Assembly (NCBI GenBank): GCA_039803305.1
Contig: JBDRYG010000001.1
Location: 5 to 64,004, forward strand
Source of the DNA: a candidate division WOR-3 bacterium
Lineage (GTDB): Bacteria; Hydrothermota; Hydrothermia; UBA1063
Length of the DNA: 64,000 nucleotides
Reading direction: 5' to 3'
The position numbers and the translations under genes were made by a program. The notes beneath the pieces were generated by a model that was not told the DNA's origin, did not search any database, and saw only the letters and a list, made by a program, of their open reading frames with translations. This document shows, piece after piece, positions 1-9,695 of this stretch (positions within the stretch are counted from its first letter, which is position 1; each line of letters opens with the position of its first letter).

Positions 1-155
1 TCCTTTCTTTTAAAAATATTCAGAAATTACAGACCTCTCTGATATAAACAGAACTATTCAAAAATATATAGACATGCAAATTCTCTTTAGAGATGTAAAA
101 TTCGACAACTCAATACTACGGAGAGAAGACATACAAAAGTAGAACAAAGAAGCTT

Positions 156-190
156 GAGCCCCCTTTAAAAGGGGGCTCAACTTTTATTTT
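156..190 (+). terminator. Rho-independent terminator hairpin (gagccccc-tttaaaa-gggggctc) followed by a T-run (cttttatttt), probably ending an upstream gene outside the window
   Basis: Perfect 8-bp GC-rich inverted repeat with a 7-nt loop and a downstream T tract, read directly in the sequence. Confidence 0.6.
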
Positions 191-1651
191 ATGAGTAGTT
201 TTCCCTTTATTTTTTTATCATTTTTGTTGTACCTCCTTTCTTTCCCTCCATTTAAAATCTTCCCTGCTTCCTTCATTGCACTTGTCCCGTTGTTACTCGC
301 CCTTAAGAAAATGAAAACAAAACAAATCCTTTTGATTGCGCTCTGCTACTTCTACATTTTCTGGCTTTTCCATACCTGGTGGATACTAAACATGGAAGTA
401 GAGCCTTCCACAAAACCCTGGCTTGTGGCAGGCCTTGTAATTCTCCCCCTTTACCTAGCTATTTACAATTCTATCCCATTTTTGCTTATAAAGCATAAAT
501 ACCGAATTTTAGTTATCCCCTCTCTCTGGATCTTATTAGAATTCATTAGAAGTTCTGGTTACACCGGTTTCCCATGGGAAAATATAGCATATTCCCAATT
601 AGAAAACCCTTACTTCAGGATGTTGAATTCGGTGGGTGGTATTTTTTTTACAGGTTTTTTAATAATTTTCCTGAACGTCCTCCTATTTGAATACCTGGAA
701 ACAAGAAGAAACCTTTATTTTCGTATCTTTTTGCTTTTACTATTGACAACTCACGGGCTAGGCGCTTACCTTTACCACAAAAAGGAACCCGTCGGCAAAC
801 CGGTAAAGGCTCTAATTTTCCAGCCCAATATCCTTCCCCGAGAAGAAGATGACTACGAAGAATGGGTTGAAGTTTGTAAATCTTACGGCATGTTTCTTGA
901 TGAAGTCAAAGATACTTACGACTTAGTAATTCTTCCTGAATCTGCCATTCCTGGTTACTTCCGGTATTCTTTAAAGGCTAACATTATTGTAGACTCTATT
1001 TCCAGGAAAGCCAAGGCGCCAGTCCTTCTCGGGAGTGCCGATGTCCAATTTAATGGAAAAAGACGTGTTTATAACACGGCATTCCTCGTATCCGAAGATT
1101 CAATTTTAGGGCAATACAATAAAATTCACCTTGTGCCCTTTGGGGAGTGGCTTCCATACGAAAATAAGATAAAACTTCTTCAAAGGATTGAATTTGGACA
1201 AGGAGATTTTTCACCGGGGGACTCCATCAATGTCCTTCACACCAAAAATGGAGTACCCTTTGGGGCGTTAATTTGTTTTGAGTCCATCTTTCCATATATA
1301 AGCCGAGAGTATTCCAGGAAAGGCGCAGAGTTTCTTGTGAACATAACAAGCGACGGCTGGTATGGAAGATCCCTTGGTCCAGTAGAACACTTTGAACACC
1401 TTCGCTTCAGAGCTATAGAATCTGGAAAATACATTCTGCGTTCTGCTAAAACAGGAATTTCTGCTGTTATTGACCCGAAAGGAAGAGTACTCCAGCGACT
1501 TGGGCTTTTTACTTGGGGCTATATCCCCTGTGAAATTGAAAGTTCTAAAACCAATACAATTTACACGAGGATTGGAGATTGTTTTGTATTTTTCTGTTTT
1601 GTTTTACTCATTTTTTTGTTTATTATTGAGATAAGGAGGAACAAAAAATGA
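191..1651 (+). CDS. lnt: Apolipoprotein N-acyltransferase (Lnt): N-terminal polytopic membrane domain plus C-terminal CN-hydrolase domain
   Basis: Multiple N-terminal TM helices; CN-hydrolase signatures (LVILPESAIPGYF, YNKIHLVPFGEWLPY, catalytic Cys in ALICFESIFP). Confidence 0.8.
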   Translation: MSSFPFIFLSFLLYLLSFPPFKIFPASFIALVPLLLALKKMKTKQILLIALCYFYIFWLFHTWWILNMEVEPSTKPWLVAGLVILPLYLAIYNSIPFLLIKHKYRILVIPSLWILLEFIRSSGYTGFPWENIAYSQLENPYFRMLNSVGGIFFTGFLIIFLNVLLFEYLETRRNLYFRIFLLLLLTTHGLGAYLYHKKEPVGKPVKALIFQPNILPREEDDYEEWVEVCKSYGMFLDEVKDTYDLVILPESAIPGYFRYSLKANIIVDSISRKAKAPVLLGSADVQFNGKRRVYNTAFLVSEDSILGQYNKIHLVPFGEWLPYENKIKLLQRIEFGQGDFSPGDSINVLHTKNGVPFGALICFESIFPYISREYSRKGAEFLVNITSDGWYGRSLGPVEHFEHLRFRAIESGKYILRSAKTGISAVIDPKGRVLQRLGLFTWGYIPCEIESSKTNTIYTRIGDCFVFFCFVLLIFLFIIEIRRNKK

Positions 1652-4600
1652 GATGGTTTTTGACCATTCTGTTGTTTGTAATTCCCACAGCATCAAAGGC
1701 ACAATCAATTTTTCCTATTGACTCGATACAGGGGTACGGCCCATCCTCCCCTTATGTAAACAGAACCGTTACAACCGTGGGTGTAGTCACTGCAACAGTA
1801 CAGGATTGGACAAGGTATATAAGGGGGTTCTTCATTCAAGATGCTGATGCCCCATGGCATGGAATTTATGTTTACACAGGAAATCTTACAGTAAATGTGG
1901 GAAGAGGCGACTCTGTAATGGTTACCGGGCGAGTACAGGAGTACTATGATCTTACGGAAATAGTTCCTTCCTCATCTTCAGATATCATCATTATTAAGAA
2001 AGGAGTTAGGATACCAAAACCTATTAAAGTTACATGTGCAGAAATAAATACTGAGCCCTATGAAGGCGTGCTAGTCAGAGTTGATAGTGTAACTGTCATA
2101 AATAGTAATGTGGGAAATTACCAGTTCCAGATACAAGATCCACAGGGAAATACGGCTCTTGTACAAAACTGCTCTGGTTTTAGCTACAACCCGAGCAATA
2201 ACGACTTTATACCCTCAATAGTAGGAATTGACTATTATTCTTATGGCGCATTTAAAATCGTGCCAAGGGGAAATGAAGATTTAATTTTTAGCGGTGATGG
2301 TACGGGGCATTTTTACTTTATAAATAACATTATTGCCACTGATGAAGAAAAAGAGGTACTTTTACAGGTTTCAGGAGACTCCCCATTCCAGATAAATGCG
2401 GTAAAGTTACTACTACCACAAGGATTCCAACTAACCGGCACTATAATCCTGGAGGGGGATGGATTTCAAAACGCAACATTCTCCATCACACAGGACACAA
2501 TTATAATAACAGGAACTCAAATAACAGAAACAAGGACAGGAATCATTAAATTTACAAAACTTCTTGCACCCTCTATACCAGGAATTTACGCATTTCAGGT
2601 TTTCACTTTATCCCAATCTTCATTCAGGGCTGTGGCTCACCCACCGAAGCTGAATGTTCTGAGTATCGTGGGTGGAGGGAACGTAGCTATAACCCCCCTT
2701 ATAATCCCTAAGAACACTCAAACACAGATAAATATTGCTATTTCAAATATATTTGGAACATTAAGACAGGTGAAGATCGTACTCCCTTCCGTTGCAATAG
2801 GCTGGGATAGAAGGGTTACTTTGATAGGGGAAGGAGTCTCTACAGCTATTGTGCAGTTTGCGGAAGACACTATAATCATAACGAATGCTACTATAGATTC
2901 AATGAGACCAGCTTCCATCGTTTTTGATAATTTTTCATTTTTAAGCGACAGCTCCCCCTTAGCTCAATTTACAATACTTACGGGAACGCAAGACTCAGTT
3001 GGTCCAGTCCAAAATCAACCAAAGGTATTCATTGCATTAGAGGACACAACAGTAAAAATGAAGTATTTCCATATTCCCTTAACCCAGAGCTTCTTACTTG
3101 GGAAGACAGTAATGGTCAAAGGTATAGTTTCGGGTGTCATAGGTGACAGAACTTATGTTCAAGACTCAACGGGCGGAATCATAATATATAGAGGTCCAGC
3201 ATTAACACCAAATACTGTCGTTAAGTTAATAGGACAGTATAATGAATATAGAAATTCTGCACAACTTTATTCCGCAAGCTTAATTGCAAATTTTGGGGTT
3301 AGTTCTATTCAACCTGATTCACTGGAATTTCCACCTCAGGAAATACACGAGGGAAGATTGGTAAAAATTTTTAATGTCTCACCTCCTGATGGTGTTACAT
3401 ATTTTATACCAGACAGCGCACTTATTTTCAAGGATTCACTAAACAGGGAATATAGGGTCTACATCTCCTCCTCTACAGATCTCGCTTACAAACCTATACC
3501 CCAGGGGAAAGTTGACATTTTAGGATGTGTATATCAATTTGATGCAAACTATAACATCCAGCCCCGGGGCACCAAAGACATCATTGCCAAAGGAAATGGT
3601 ACAGGATCCTTTTTACTTCACCCTTCGTACACATACTACGATTCAACAAGGAACATAAACCTTCTTGTCTCCTCACTTTATAGCCCAATAAAAAGCATAG
3701 AATTAAGAGTAACTGGTGCTTATATTGATACAGTAATACCTGTTAGCAGTGGATTCTATAATCCGGTTGTTGATTCCTACTTCAGGGATACAGCTTCTCT
3801 GTACCTTAAAATCTCAGGGGGCATTGAACTAACAGAAGATACAATAACTTTAGTCGGTCTTAGACCACTCTCTAATGTTGAAGCAATTTCCTTTTCCATC
3901 AAAACATCCGTTGACTCAGGGGGATTTCTCTCACCAGTATTGACCGATCCTGTTCTATACGTTGGTACACCAATCGGATATGCACGCAGAAACGGGCCAG
4001 ATGGATCAACCCCAGAATTTTTAAACAAACAGTTTACAGTAATAGGTGTGGTTACCGCTCCTCCTTACATCTTTTCAACTACGAGAACATCCATGTATAT
4101 TCAGGATGAAACCGGTGGAATTAATGTCTATTATGCTGGTAGCCTCATAAACTTTAACGAAGGAGATCTTATCAGAGTAAAAGGAACAATTTTGCAGTAC
4201 AACGGTCTTACAGAAATATCCCCTGCATCTCCTCAGGATTTTGTTCTTCTTGGACAGGGCTTTCCTTTTGATACCCTCAAACTTCGCCCGGGGGAACCAC
4301 TATCGGAAAATCTGGAGGGGCTTCTAATCCAGGTAGAGGGGACCTGTGACAATATCCCTTACTCATCAGGATCGGGAAAGGCATTTACAATATATAATGG
4401 TCTTACACCTATTGATATTTATGTTTACAACACAACATCTATAGACCTTTCCAATGTGACAAATGGTAATGTTTACAGAATTACGGGGGTTGTGGGACAG
4501 TACGATGCCACAATACCTTATACATCCGGATATCAATTATTACCAAGGTATCAGAAAGATATCGAGTTTATCCAGACCACGGTAACTCCTGTTGTATCTA

Positions 4601-4890
4601 TAAAAATCACTCCAAGTGTTTTCTCACCATTTTTAGGAGAGGCATTAAGAATAGAAGTATCCGGACCCGACAATGCAGTTTACAACCTGAAAATTTACAA
4701 TTCTAACGGTAGACTAGTAAAAACAATAGCTAACGGCAAAACATCTCCCTTCGTTACAGAATGGAGAGGAACTAATGAAGAAGGTGCTCAGCTCTCACCA
4801 GGTCTCTACATACTACTTCTTGAATATATAACCTCCGATGGAAAGACAGGAAAATTACAGAAGACTGTAGTCTTATCAAAACCTAAGTAA
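1648..4890 (+). CDS. Large secreted surface protein: signal peptide, three OB-fold-like repeats, Ig-like beta regions and a T9SS C-terminal sorting domain
   Basis: Signal peptide MRWFLTILLFVIPTASKA. Repeat motif GVVTA...FIQD...GGIxVY...GxVxEYxGxTEI occurs three times (about aa 40-110, 490-560, 800-870). C-terminal LKIYNSNGRLVKTI...GLYILLLEY matches the Por secretion tail pattern. Start overlaps the lnt stop (ATGA). Confidence 0.6.
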   Translation: MRWFLTILLFVIPTASKAQSIFPIDSIQGYGPSSPYVNRTVTTVGVVTATVQDWTRYIRGFFIQDADAPWHGIYVYTGNLTVNVGRGDSVMVTGRVQEYYDLTEIVPSSSSDIIIIKKGVRIPKPIKVTCAEINTEPYEGVLVRVDSVTVINSNVGNYQFQIQDPQGNTALVQNCSGFSYNPSNNDFIPSIVGIDYYSYGAFKIVPRGNEDLIFSGDGTGHFYFINNIIATDEEKEVLLQVSGDSPFQINAVKLLLPQGFQLTGTIILEGDGFQNATFSITQDTIIITGTQITETRTGIIKFTKLLAPSIPGIYAFQVFTLSQSSFRAVAHPPKLNVLSIVGGGNVAITPLIIPKNTQTQINIAISNIFGTLRQVKIVLPSVAIGWDRRVTLIGEGVSTAIVQFAEDTIIITNATIDSMRPASIVFDNFSFLSDSSPLAQFTILTGTQDSVGPVQNQPKVFIALEDTTVKMKYFHIPLTQSFLLGKTVMVKGIVSGVIGDRTYVQDSTGGIIIYRGPALTPNTVVKLIGQYNEYRNSAQLYSASLIANFGVSSIQPDSLEFPPQEIHEGRLVKIFNVSPPDGVTYFIPDSALIFKDSLNREYRVYISSSTDLAYKPIPQGKVDILGCVYQFDANYNIQPRGTKDIIAKGNGTGSFLLHPSYTYYDSTRNINLLVSSLYSPIKSIELRVTGAYIDTVIPVSSGFYNPVVDSYFRDTASLYLKISGGIELTEDTITLVGLRPLSNVEAISFSIKTSVDSGGFLSPVLTDPVLYVGTPIGYARRNGPDGSTPEFLNKQFTVIGVVTAPPYIFSTTRTSMYIQDETGGINVYYAGSLINFNEGDLIRVKGTILQYNGLTEISPASPQDFVLLGQGFPFDTLKLRPGEPLSENLEGLLIQVEGTCDNIPYSSGSGKAFTIYNGLTPIDIYVYNTTSIDLSNVTNGNVYRITGVVGQYDATIPYTSGYQLLPRYQKDIEFIQTTVTPVVSIKITPSVFSPFLGEALRIEVSGPDNAVYNLKIYNSNGRLVKTIANGKTSPFVTEWRGTNEEGAQLSPGLYILLLEYITSDGKTGKLQKTVVLSKPK

Positions 4891-6316
4891 CTATCTTTTC
4901 AAAAAAATTCGCAAAGTTAAATAAAAGGCCCTCGCACCAAGCGGGGGCCATAACTTGAAATCCCATAGGAAGTCCTTCTTCAGTAGACTCAAAGGGAATT
5001 GACAGTGCGGGAATCCCTGCAAGATTAGCTGGAATATTGAATATATCAAGATAATAGGCACTTACAGGATCTATCTCCTCATCAACTTTCGGAGGAAGGG
5101 AAGGCGAGACAGGTGATACTATCAAATCGACCTCCGCGAAAGCATTTTCCAAGTCCTCTTTAATAAGTCGCCTAACTTTTAAAGCCCTCAGATAATATGC
5201 ATCATAATAGCCATGAGAAAGGGCAAAGGTACCAACAATTATCCTCCTCTTAACCTCTTCTCCAAAACCTTCACCCCTGGTTTTTACGTAAAGGTCAACT
5301 AAATTCTCCTCCCGTTTTCTCAATCCATAACGGACACCGTCAAATCTTGCAAGATTTGAAGACGCTTCTGACATCGCTATAATCTGATAAACCTCTACTG
5401 AATACTTAATATGGGGCAATCTCAACTTTTTAATCTTTACACCTTCATGTTCGAGCACAGAAAGAACTTTCTCAAAATTCACTTTAATCTTATCATCCAT
5501 TTTTGCTTCCTCAATGATATCAGGATACCCTACCACTAAATCTTCTGGTGACGAAAAATTCATCAGTTTATCTAACGCGGGTACCTCAAAGGGCACTGAG
5601 GTAGAGTCCATTGGATCATATCCGGAGATCACAATAAATAACCTGGCAAGGTCCTCAGGATTTCGTGCCATGGGACCAATCTGATCAAGGGACGATGCGA
5701 AAGCTACAAGCCCAAACCTCGATACTCTACCATATGTTGGTTTTAAACCATAGATACCGCAAAAGGAAGCGGGAAGTCTAATGGAACCCCCTGTATCGGA
5801 ACCAAGAGAAACATGTACCTCACCGGCTGCAACGCTCGCTGCCGAACCACTGGAAGATCCCCCCGCAAGATGTTCTGGATTCTTAGGGTTTCTAACCGGA
5901 CCGTAATAGGAGTAAGTACCCAGCGCCCCCATAGCAAACTCATCCATATTAAGCTTTCCCATTATTATTCCACCGCTGGAAAGAATCCTTTCTACGACCG
6001 TCGCATTATAAAGAGATTTATATCCAGAAAGAATTCGTGACGCGCAAGTTGTGCCAAAACCTTTTACGTTTATGTTGTCTTTTATTCCAACCGGAATACC
6101 ATAAAGAAGGGGATAACTACGAATGGTATCCTTCATCCTCTCTAACTCTCTAGCCCGCTCTATAGCATATTCTTCAAATACCTCAATAAAGCTATTAGTT
6201 ATAGGTTGTGATTTTTTTATTTCTGAGAGATAGTACTCTACTACGTCAATAGGTTTTATGTCGCCTTTGCTGTAAAGCTTATGGATTTCCGATATGCTGA
6301 GCCTTTTCAAATCCAT
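4883..6316 (-). CDS. gatA: Glutamyl-tRNA(Gln)/aspartyl-tRNA(Asn) amidotransferase subunit A
   Basis: Amidase signature GGSSSGSAASVAAGEV and Ser-cisSer-Lys region; 477 aa typical length; N-terminus MDLKRLSISEIHKL typical of GatA. Confidence 0.85.
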   Translation of the reverse strand: MDLKRLSISEIHKLYSKGDIKPIDVVEYYLSEIKKSQPITNSFIEVFEEYAIERARELERMKDTIRSYPLLYGIPVGIKDNINVKGFGTTCASRILSGYKSLYNATVVERILSSGGIIMGKLNMDEFAMGALGTYSYYGPVRNPKNPEHLAGGSSSGSAASVAAGEVHVSLGSDTGGSIRLPASFCGIYGLKPTYGRVSRFGLVAFASSLDQIGPMARNPEDLARLFIVISGYDPMDSTSVPFEVPALDKLMNFSSPEDLVVGYPDIIEEAKMDDKIKVNFEKVLSVLEHEGVKIKKLRLPHIKYSVEVYQIIAMSEASSNLARFDGVRYGLRKREENLVDLYVKTRGEGFGEEVKRRIIVGTFALSHGYYDAYYLRALKVRRLIKEDLENAFAEVDLIVSPVSPSLPPKVDEEIDPVSAYYLDIFNIPANLAGIPALSIPFESTEEGLPMGFQVMAPAWCEGLLFNFANFFEKIVT

Positions 6317-6423
6317 AACTAAATTTTAACGGAATTACTAGGTAGCTCAAAATATATGTCATAAAAAGGCTTGAAGACATCCATTTCATTCTTTATAATA
6401 TTTCATAAGCCAAGGAGGTTAAT

Positions 6424-8316
6424 ATGAAAGGTTACGCCGGTAAAATTCTCAGAATAAATTTAAGCACAGGAGAAATTAAAAAAGAAGAGCTGTGTGAACA
6501 CTTTGCCAGGAAGTACCTCGGGGGTGTGGGTTTTGGCGCCAAGATGGCTTATGATGAAATCCCAGCTAAGGCTGACCCACTCGGTCCCGAGAATAAAATT
6601 ATAATAACGCCTGGGATGCTTGTAAATACAGGTCTTCCTACTATGTCTAAGACTGCTCTAAATTTCAAATCACCCTTGACTGGGGGATACGGAAGGGCAG
6701 TGGTAGGTGCTTACCTTGGCGAAGAATTAAAGAAAGCGGGCTATGATTGTCTTGTCATAGAAGGTAAAAGTAGTAAGCCAGTTTACATTTTGATTGAAGA
6801 TGATAAAGTTGAAATTAGAGATGCCACTCATCTCTGGGGCATGCTTACCTCAGAAACCCATAAGAAACTCCAAGAATTACACGGAAAGGTAAGAACTGGA
6901 ATTATTGGCCCCGCAGGTGAAAAACTGTCCAAAATTTCTGAAGTTGATTTCGAGGAAAGACAGGCAGCAAGAGGCGGTGTAGGAGCTGTGATGGGTTCAA
7001 AAATGCTAAAGGCAATAGCCGTGCGAGGAACAGGAGAGGTTGAATATCATGACAAAGGGATGCTAAGGGAACTAATAATCAAGTGGGGTAAGATTCTTAA
7101 AGACCATCCGGCGACCGAAGCGGATATGAAATATGGGAGTGGAGAATTTTATGAATGGGTTAATAGAGAAAGAGGTACATTTCCGTCGCTCAACTGGCGC
7201 TTCGGTTATATGCCAGTCTATGACGAATTGAAAGAAGGTGAAAAATCCAAGCTTGATCCCTACTATTGGGCGCCTAAGTATACAGTTAAAAACAGGCCTT
7301 GTCCACATTGTACAAAACCTTGCGGTAGGTATATTAAAATTACAGATGGGAAATACGCTGGTACAGAAGTTGAAGGGGTTGAATATGAAGTCCTTTACTC
7401 CCTTGGCGGTGTCCTAGGAATTGATGACATTGGGGCAGTTGCGAAGATGAATAAACTTTGCGACGATTACGGTCTTGATGCAATATCAGCAGGTGTAACC
7501 TTGGCATGGGCTATGGACTGCTACGAAAATGGCTTGCTGACAAAAGAGGATACTGATGGCCTTGACTTAAGATTCGGAAATGATGAAGCCGCCGTTAAGG
7601 CAATCGAGATGATGGGCAAGAAGGAAGGAAAATTGGGTGAACTCTTATTTAATGGTTCAAAAGAAGCTGCAGAGAAGCTTGGAAAAGATTCCTGGAAATA
7701 TGCAGTTCATATTAAGGGCCTTGAATTACCAGCATATGACATCAGGGGTTTAAAGGGTGTTGCCCTCGCCTTTGCGGTTTCGACAAGGGGTGGCTGCCAC
7801 TTAACTGGTGGTGCTTACGGTATCGAACTGACCGGAAAATGGTGGAAAATGGAGGGAGTAGACAGAACAAAGGGTGAGTGGAAGGGTTTTGAAATAAAGA
7901 CCCTTGAAGACCTAATGACCCTCTACGATACAACTGGCGCATGCAAATTTTCAAGACACATGTTCTTTATTGAAGCATTCCCTGAGATGATTAAAGCAGT
8001 TACAGGTTGGGATATGAGCGTTGAAGAGCTATGGGTGATTGGCGAAAGAATATACAACATTACAAAGTTATTCAACGTCAGAGAAGGCTTCTCCAGGAAG
8101 GATGACCATCTCCCATGGAAAGTCATGAATGCTCCTATTCCTAAAGGGCCATCACAGGGTCTTTATGTATCCGAAGAAGAGTTCAACAAAATGCTTGATG
8201 AATACTACATTGCTCGTGGATGGAATAAAGAGGGTATTCCCACAAAGGCCAAACTTTCTCAACTTGGACTTTACGAGTATATAGATGAACCACATGTAGC
8301 CGGTAATGTAAAATAA
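6424..8316 (+). CDS. aor: Aldehyde:ferredoxin oxidoreductase family (tungstopterin enzyme, AOR)
   Basis: N-terminus MKGYAGKILRINLSTGEIKKEE, typical AOR length (630 aa), Cys-containing cluster-ligand region CPHCTKPCG; strong SD AAGGAGGT at -9. Confidence 0.8.
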   Translation: MKGYAGKILRINLSTGEIKKEELCEHFARKYLGGVGFGAKMAYDEIPAKADPLGPENKIIITPGMLVNTGLPTMSKTALNFKSPLTGGYGRAVVGAYLGEELKKAGYDCLVIEGKSSKPVYILIEDDKVEIRDATHLWGMLTSETHKKLQELHGKVRTGIIGPAGEKLSKISEVDFEERQAARGGVGAVMGSKMLKAIAVRGTGEVEYHDKGMLRELIIKWGKILKDHPATEADMKYGSGEFYEWVNRERGTFPSLNWRFGYMPVYDELKEGEKSKLDPYYWAPKYTVKNRPCPHCTKPCGRYIKITDGKYAGTEVEGVEYEVLYSLGGVLGIDDIGAVAKMNKLCDDYGLDAISAGVTLAWAMDCYENGLLTKEDTDGLDLRFGNDEAAVKAIEMMGKKEGKLGELLFNGSKEAAEKLGKDSWKYAVHIKGLELPAYDIRGLKGVALAFAVSTRGGCHLTGGAYGIELTGKWWKMEGVDRTKGEWKGFEIKTLEDLMTLYDTTGACKFSRHMFFIEAFPEMIKAVTGWDMSVEELWVIGERIYNITKLFNVREGFSRKDDHLPWKVMNAPIPKGPSQGLYVSEEEFNKMLDEYYIARGWNKEGIPTKAKLSQLGLYEYIDEPHVAGNVK

Positions 8317-8320
8317 TTCA

Positions 8321-8350
8321 AAAGGGGCCCCGATCGGGGCCCCTTTATAT
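8321..8350 (+). terminator. Rho-independent terminator after aor: aaaggggcccc-gatc-ggggccccttt followed by tatataat
   Basis: Perfect GC-rich palindromic hairpin immediately after the aor stop codon. Confidence 0.6.
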
Positions 8351-8351
8351 A

Positions 8352-8960
8352 ATGAGTTACACTCTCTTCATCGGCAATCTCTCGAGGTTTCCTTCTATGT
8401 TGATTTCGGAGGAGGATACTCCCCTTTTCTTTCTGAAGTCCTTTACACCCTACTCTCATCAGGAAAATCTAATTTTAATACTGGATAAATTACTCAACCT
8501 TGTAAATGCTCACATACAAGAAATTGAGCAAATAGTGCTTTACAGCGGACCTGGACTTTTTACGAGCCTCAGAATTGGCTTTGCATTTGCAAAGGCTTTT
8601 TATCTAAAGAAACCTAATTATAAGCTCTATACAATCAACTCCCTTGATGCTCTTGCAAGTCAAAGTTCTGAATCCCTATTAATACCCTGTCTTCCTGCCC
8701 AAAAAGAAGAGCATTTTTTTGCTTTATACGAGGAGAAAAAACGCATCTCAGATTATTCTATTGGAAAAAAATCAGAAATCCTTGAAAAATTTGGAAACTT
8801 CAAAATTGAATTTTACGATGATTTTCCTGATGCTGAAATATTATTCAAAGCTTACAAAACCCTGAAAAACACGCTACAACCCCAAGACCCTGTCTTATCT
8901 GAACCCTTCTATTTACGGCTCCCCGATGCCTATCTTAAAATTTCAGGGAATAACCGATGA
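8352..8960 (+). CDS. tsaB: TsaB/YeaZ-like protein (inactive Kae1 paralog of the t6A tRNA-modification complex) with a divergent N-terminus
   Basis: Hallmark GPGLFTSLRIGFAFAKAF (compare GPGSFTG[LV]RIG). The annotated start abuts the terminator, so the true start may lie downstream. Confidence 0.5.
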   Translation: MSYTLFIGNLSRFPSMLISEEDTPLFFLKSFTPYSHQENLILILDKLLNLVNAHIQEIEQIVLYSGPGLFTSLRIGFAFAKAFYLKKPNYKLYTINSLDALASQSSESLLIPCLPAQKEEHFFALYEEKKRISDYSIGKKSEILEKFGNFKIEFYDDFPDAEILFKAYKTLKNTLQPQDPVLSEPFYLRLPDAYLKISGNNR

Positions 8961-9595
8961 TATTTGTCCCTATTGGACTATTAATTTTTTTATTACTCAT
9001 ACTGTTTTCCGGAATACTCTTTACTTTTTGGATTCTGGGTGGAATCCCTTTCGCTTTCACAAAGCTGGGAATCTCTCCTCAAACAGCCATATTTCTTTTC
9101 ACAACTACATTAATTGGTAGCCTCATAAACCTCCCTCTTACTAAAAAAAGAGAAGTCTACATAAGAAGATTTTACTGGTTTACACTACCAGATGTAAGGG
9201 AAACCATTATTGCAATCAACCTTGGTGGTGCCATTATCCCACTAATCGTCTCAATTTACATTCTTCTGAAGTGTAACGATCCGTTAAGATGTCTTATCCC
9301 AACATTAGTCTTAGCCTTTATTTCCAAAAGTCTTACGAAAGTTGTTCCTGGTAAAGGATTTGTTATGCCAGCCCTTATCCCACCCTTAATTGCAACCCTG
9401 CTTGGATATACTTTCTACCCTGAAAACCCTGCTGCTTGTGCCTATGTTTCAGGAACTTTAGGCGTACTAATCGGGGCTGATCTTCTAAACCTTCACAGAG
9501 TGAAAGAACTCCATAGCACATTTGTTAGTATCGGTGGTGCTGGTGTGTTCGATGGTATATTTCTTACGGGGATAATTTCGGCATTATTAACATAA
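8957..9595 (+). CDS. Integral membrane protein of unknown function (polytopic, DUF1614-like by appearance)
   Basis: Several hydrophobic helices (LLIFLLLILFSGILFTFWILGGIPFAF, IIPLIVSIYILL, PALIPPLIATLLGY); 4-nt overlap with the tsaB-like stop. Confidence 0.35.
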   Translation: MIFVPIGLLIFLLLILFSGILFTFWILGGIPFAFTKLGISPQTAIFLFTTTLIGSLINLPLTKKREVYIRRFYWFTLPDVRETIIAINLGGAIIPLIVSIYILLKCNDPLRCLIPTLVLAFISKSLTKVVPGKGFVMPALIPPLIATLLGYTFYPENPAACAYVSGTLGVLIGADLLNLHRVKELHSTFVSIGGAGVFDGIFLTGIISALLT

Positions 9596-9695
9596 GCCTT
9601 TTAACTGTTCCTTGGTCAGAGTAAATCAAATATCGCTTTGATAAAATAGAAAACTCGGTGTAACCTTAAATACGAAACTAAATGACTTTTAAACG

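Noticed and set aside
1237-1434. Short antisense ORFs from the six-frame track nested inside long confident genes (e.g. 1237-1434, 2718-2918, 3777-4028, 5743-6040, 7072-8126, 18063-19184, 30027-33038, 37791-39428)
   Set aside because: They lie entirely within, and antisense to or out of frame with, well-supported CDSs. They lack SD sequences and have low-complexity or biased composition typical of shadow ORFs.
4891-4950. Imperfect hairpin ggccctcgc-accaa-gcgggggcc after the 1080-aa gene
   Set aside because: It lacks a following T-run and lies inside the convergent gatA coding sequence, so it is not a convincing intrinsic terminator.
8926-9120. 64-aa ORF overlapping the tsaB-like/membrane-protein junction
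   Set aside because: It lies fully inside two better-supported overlapping CDSs in a different frame, with no independent signal.
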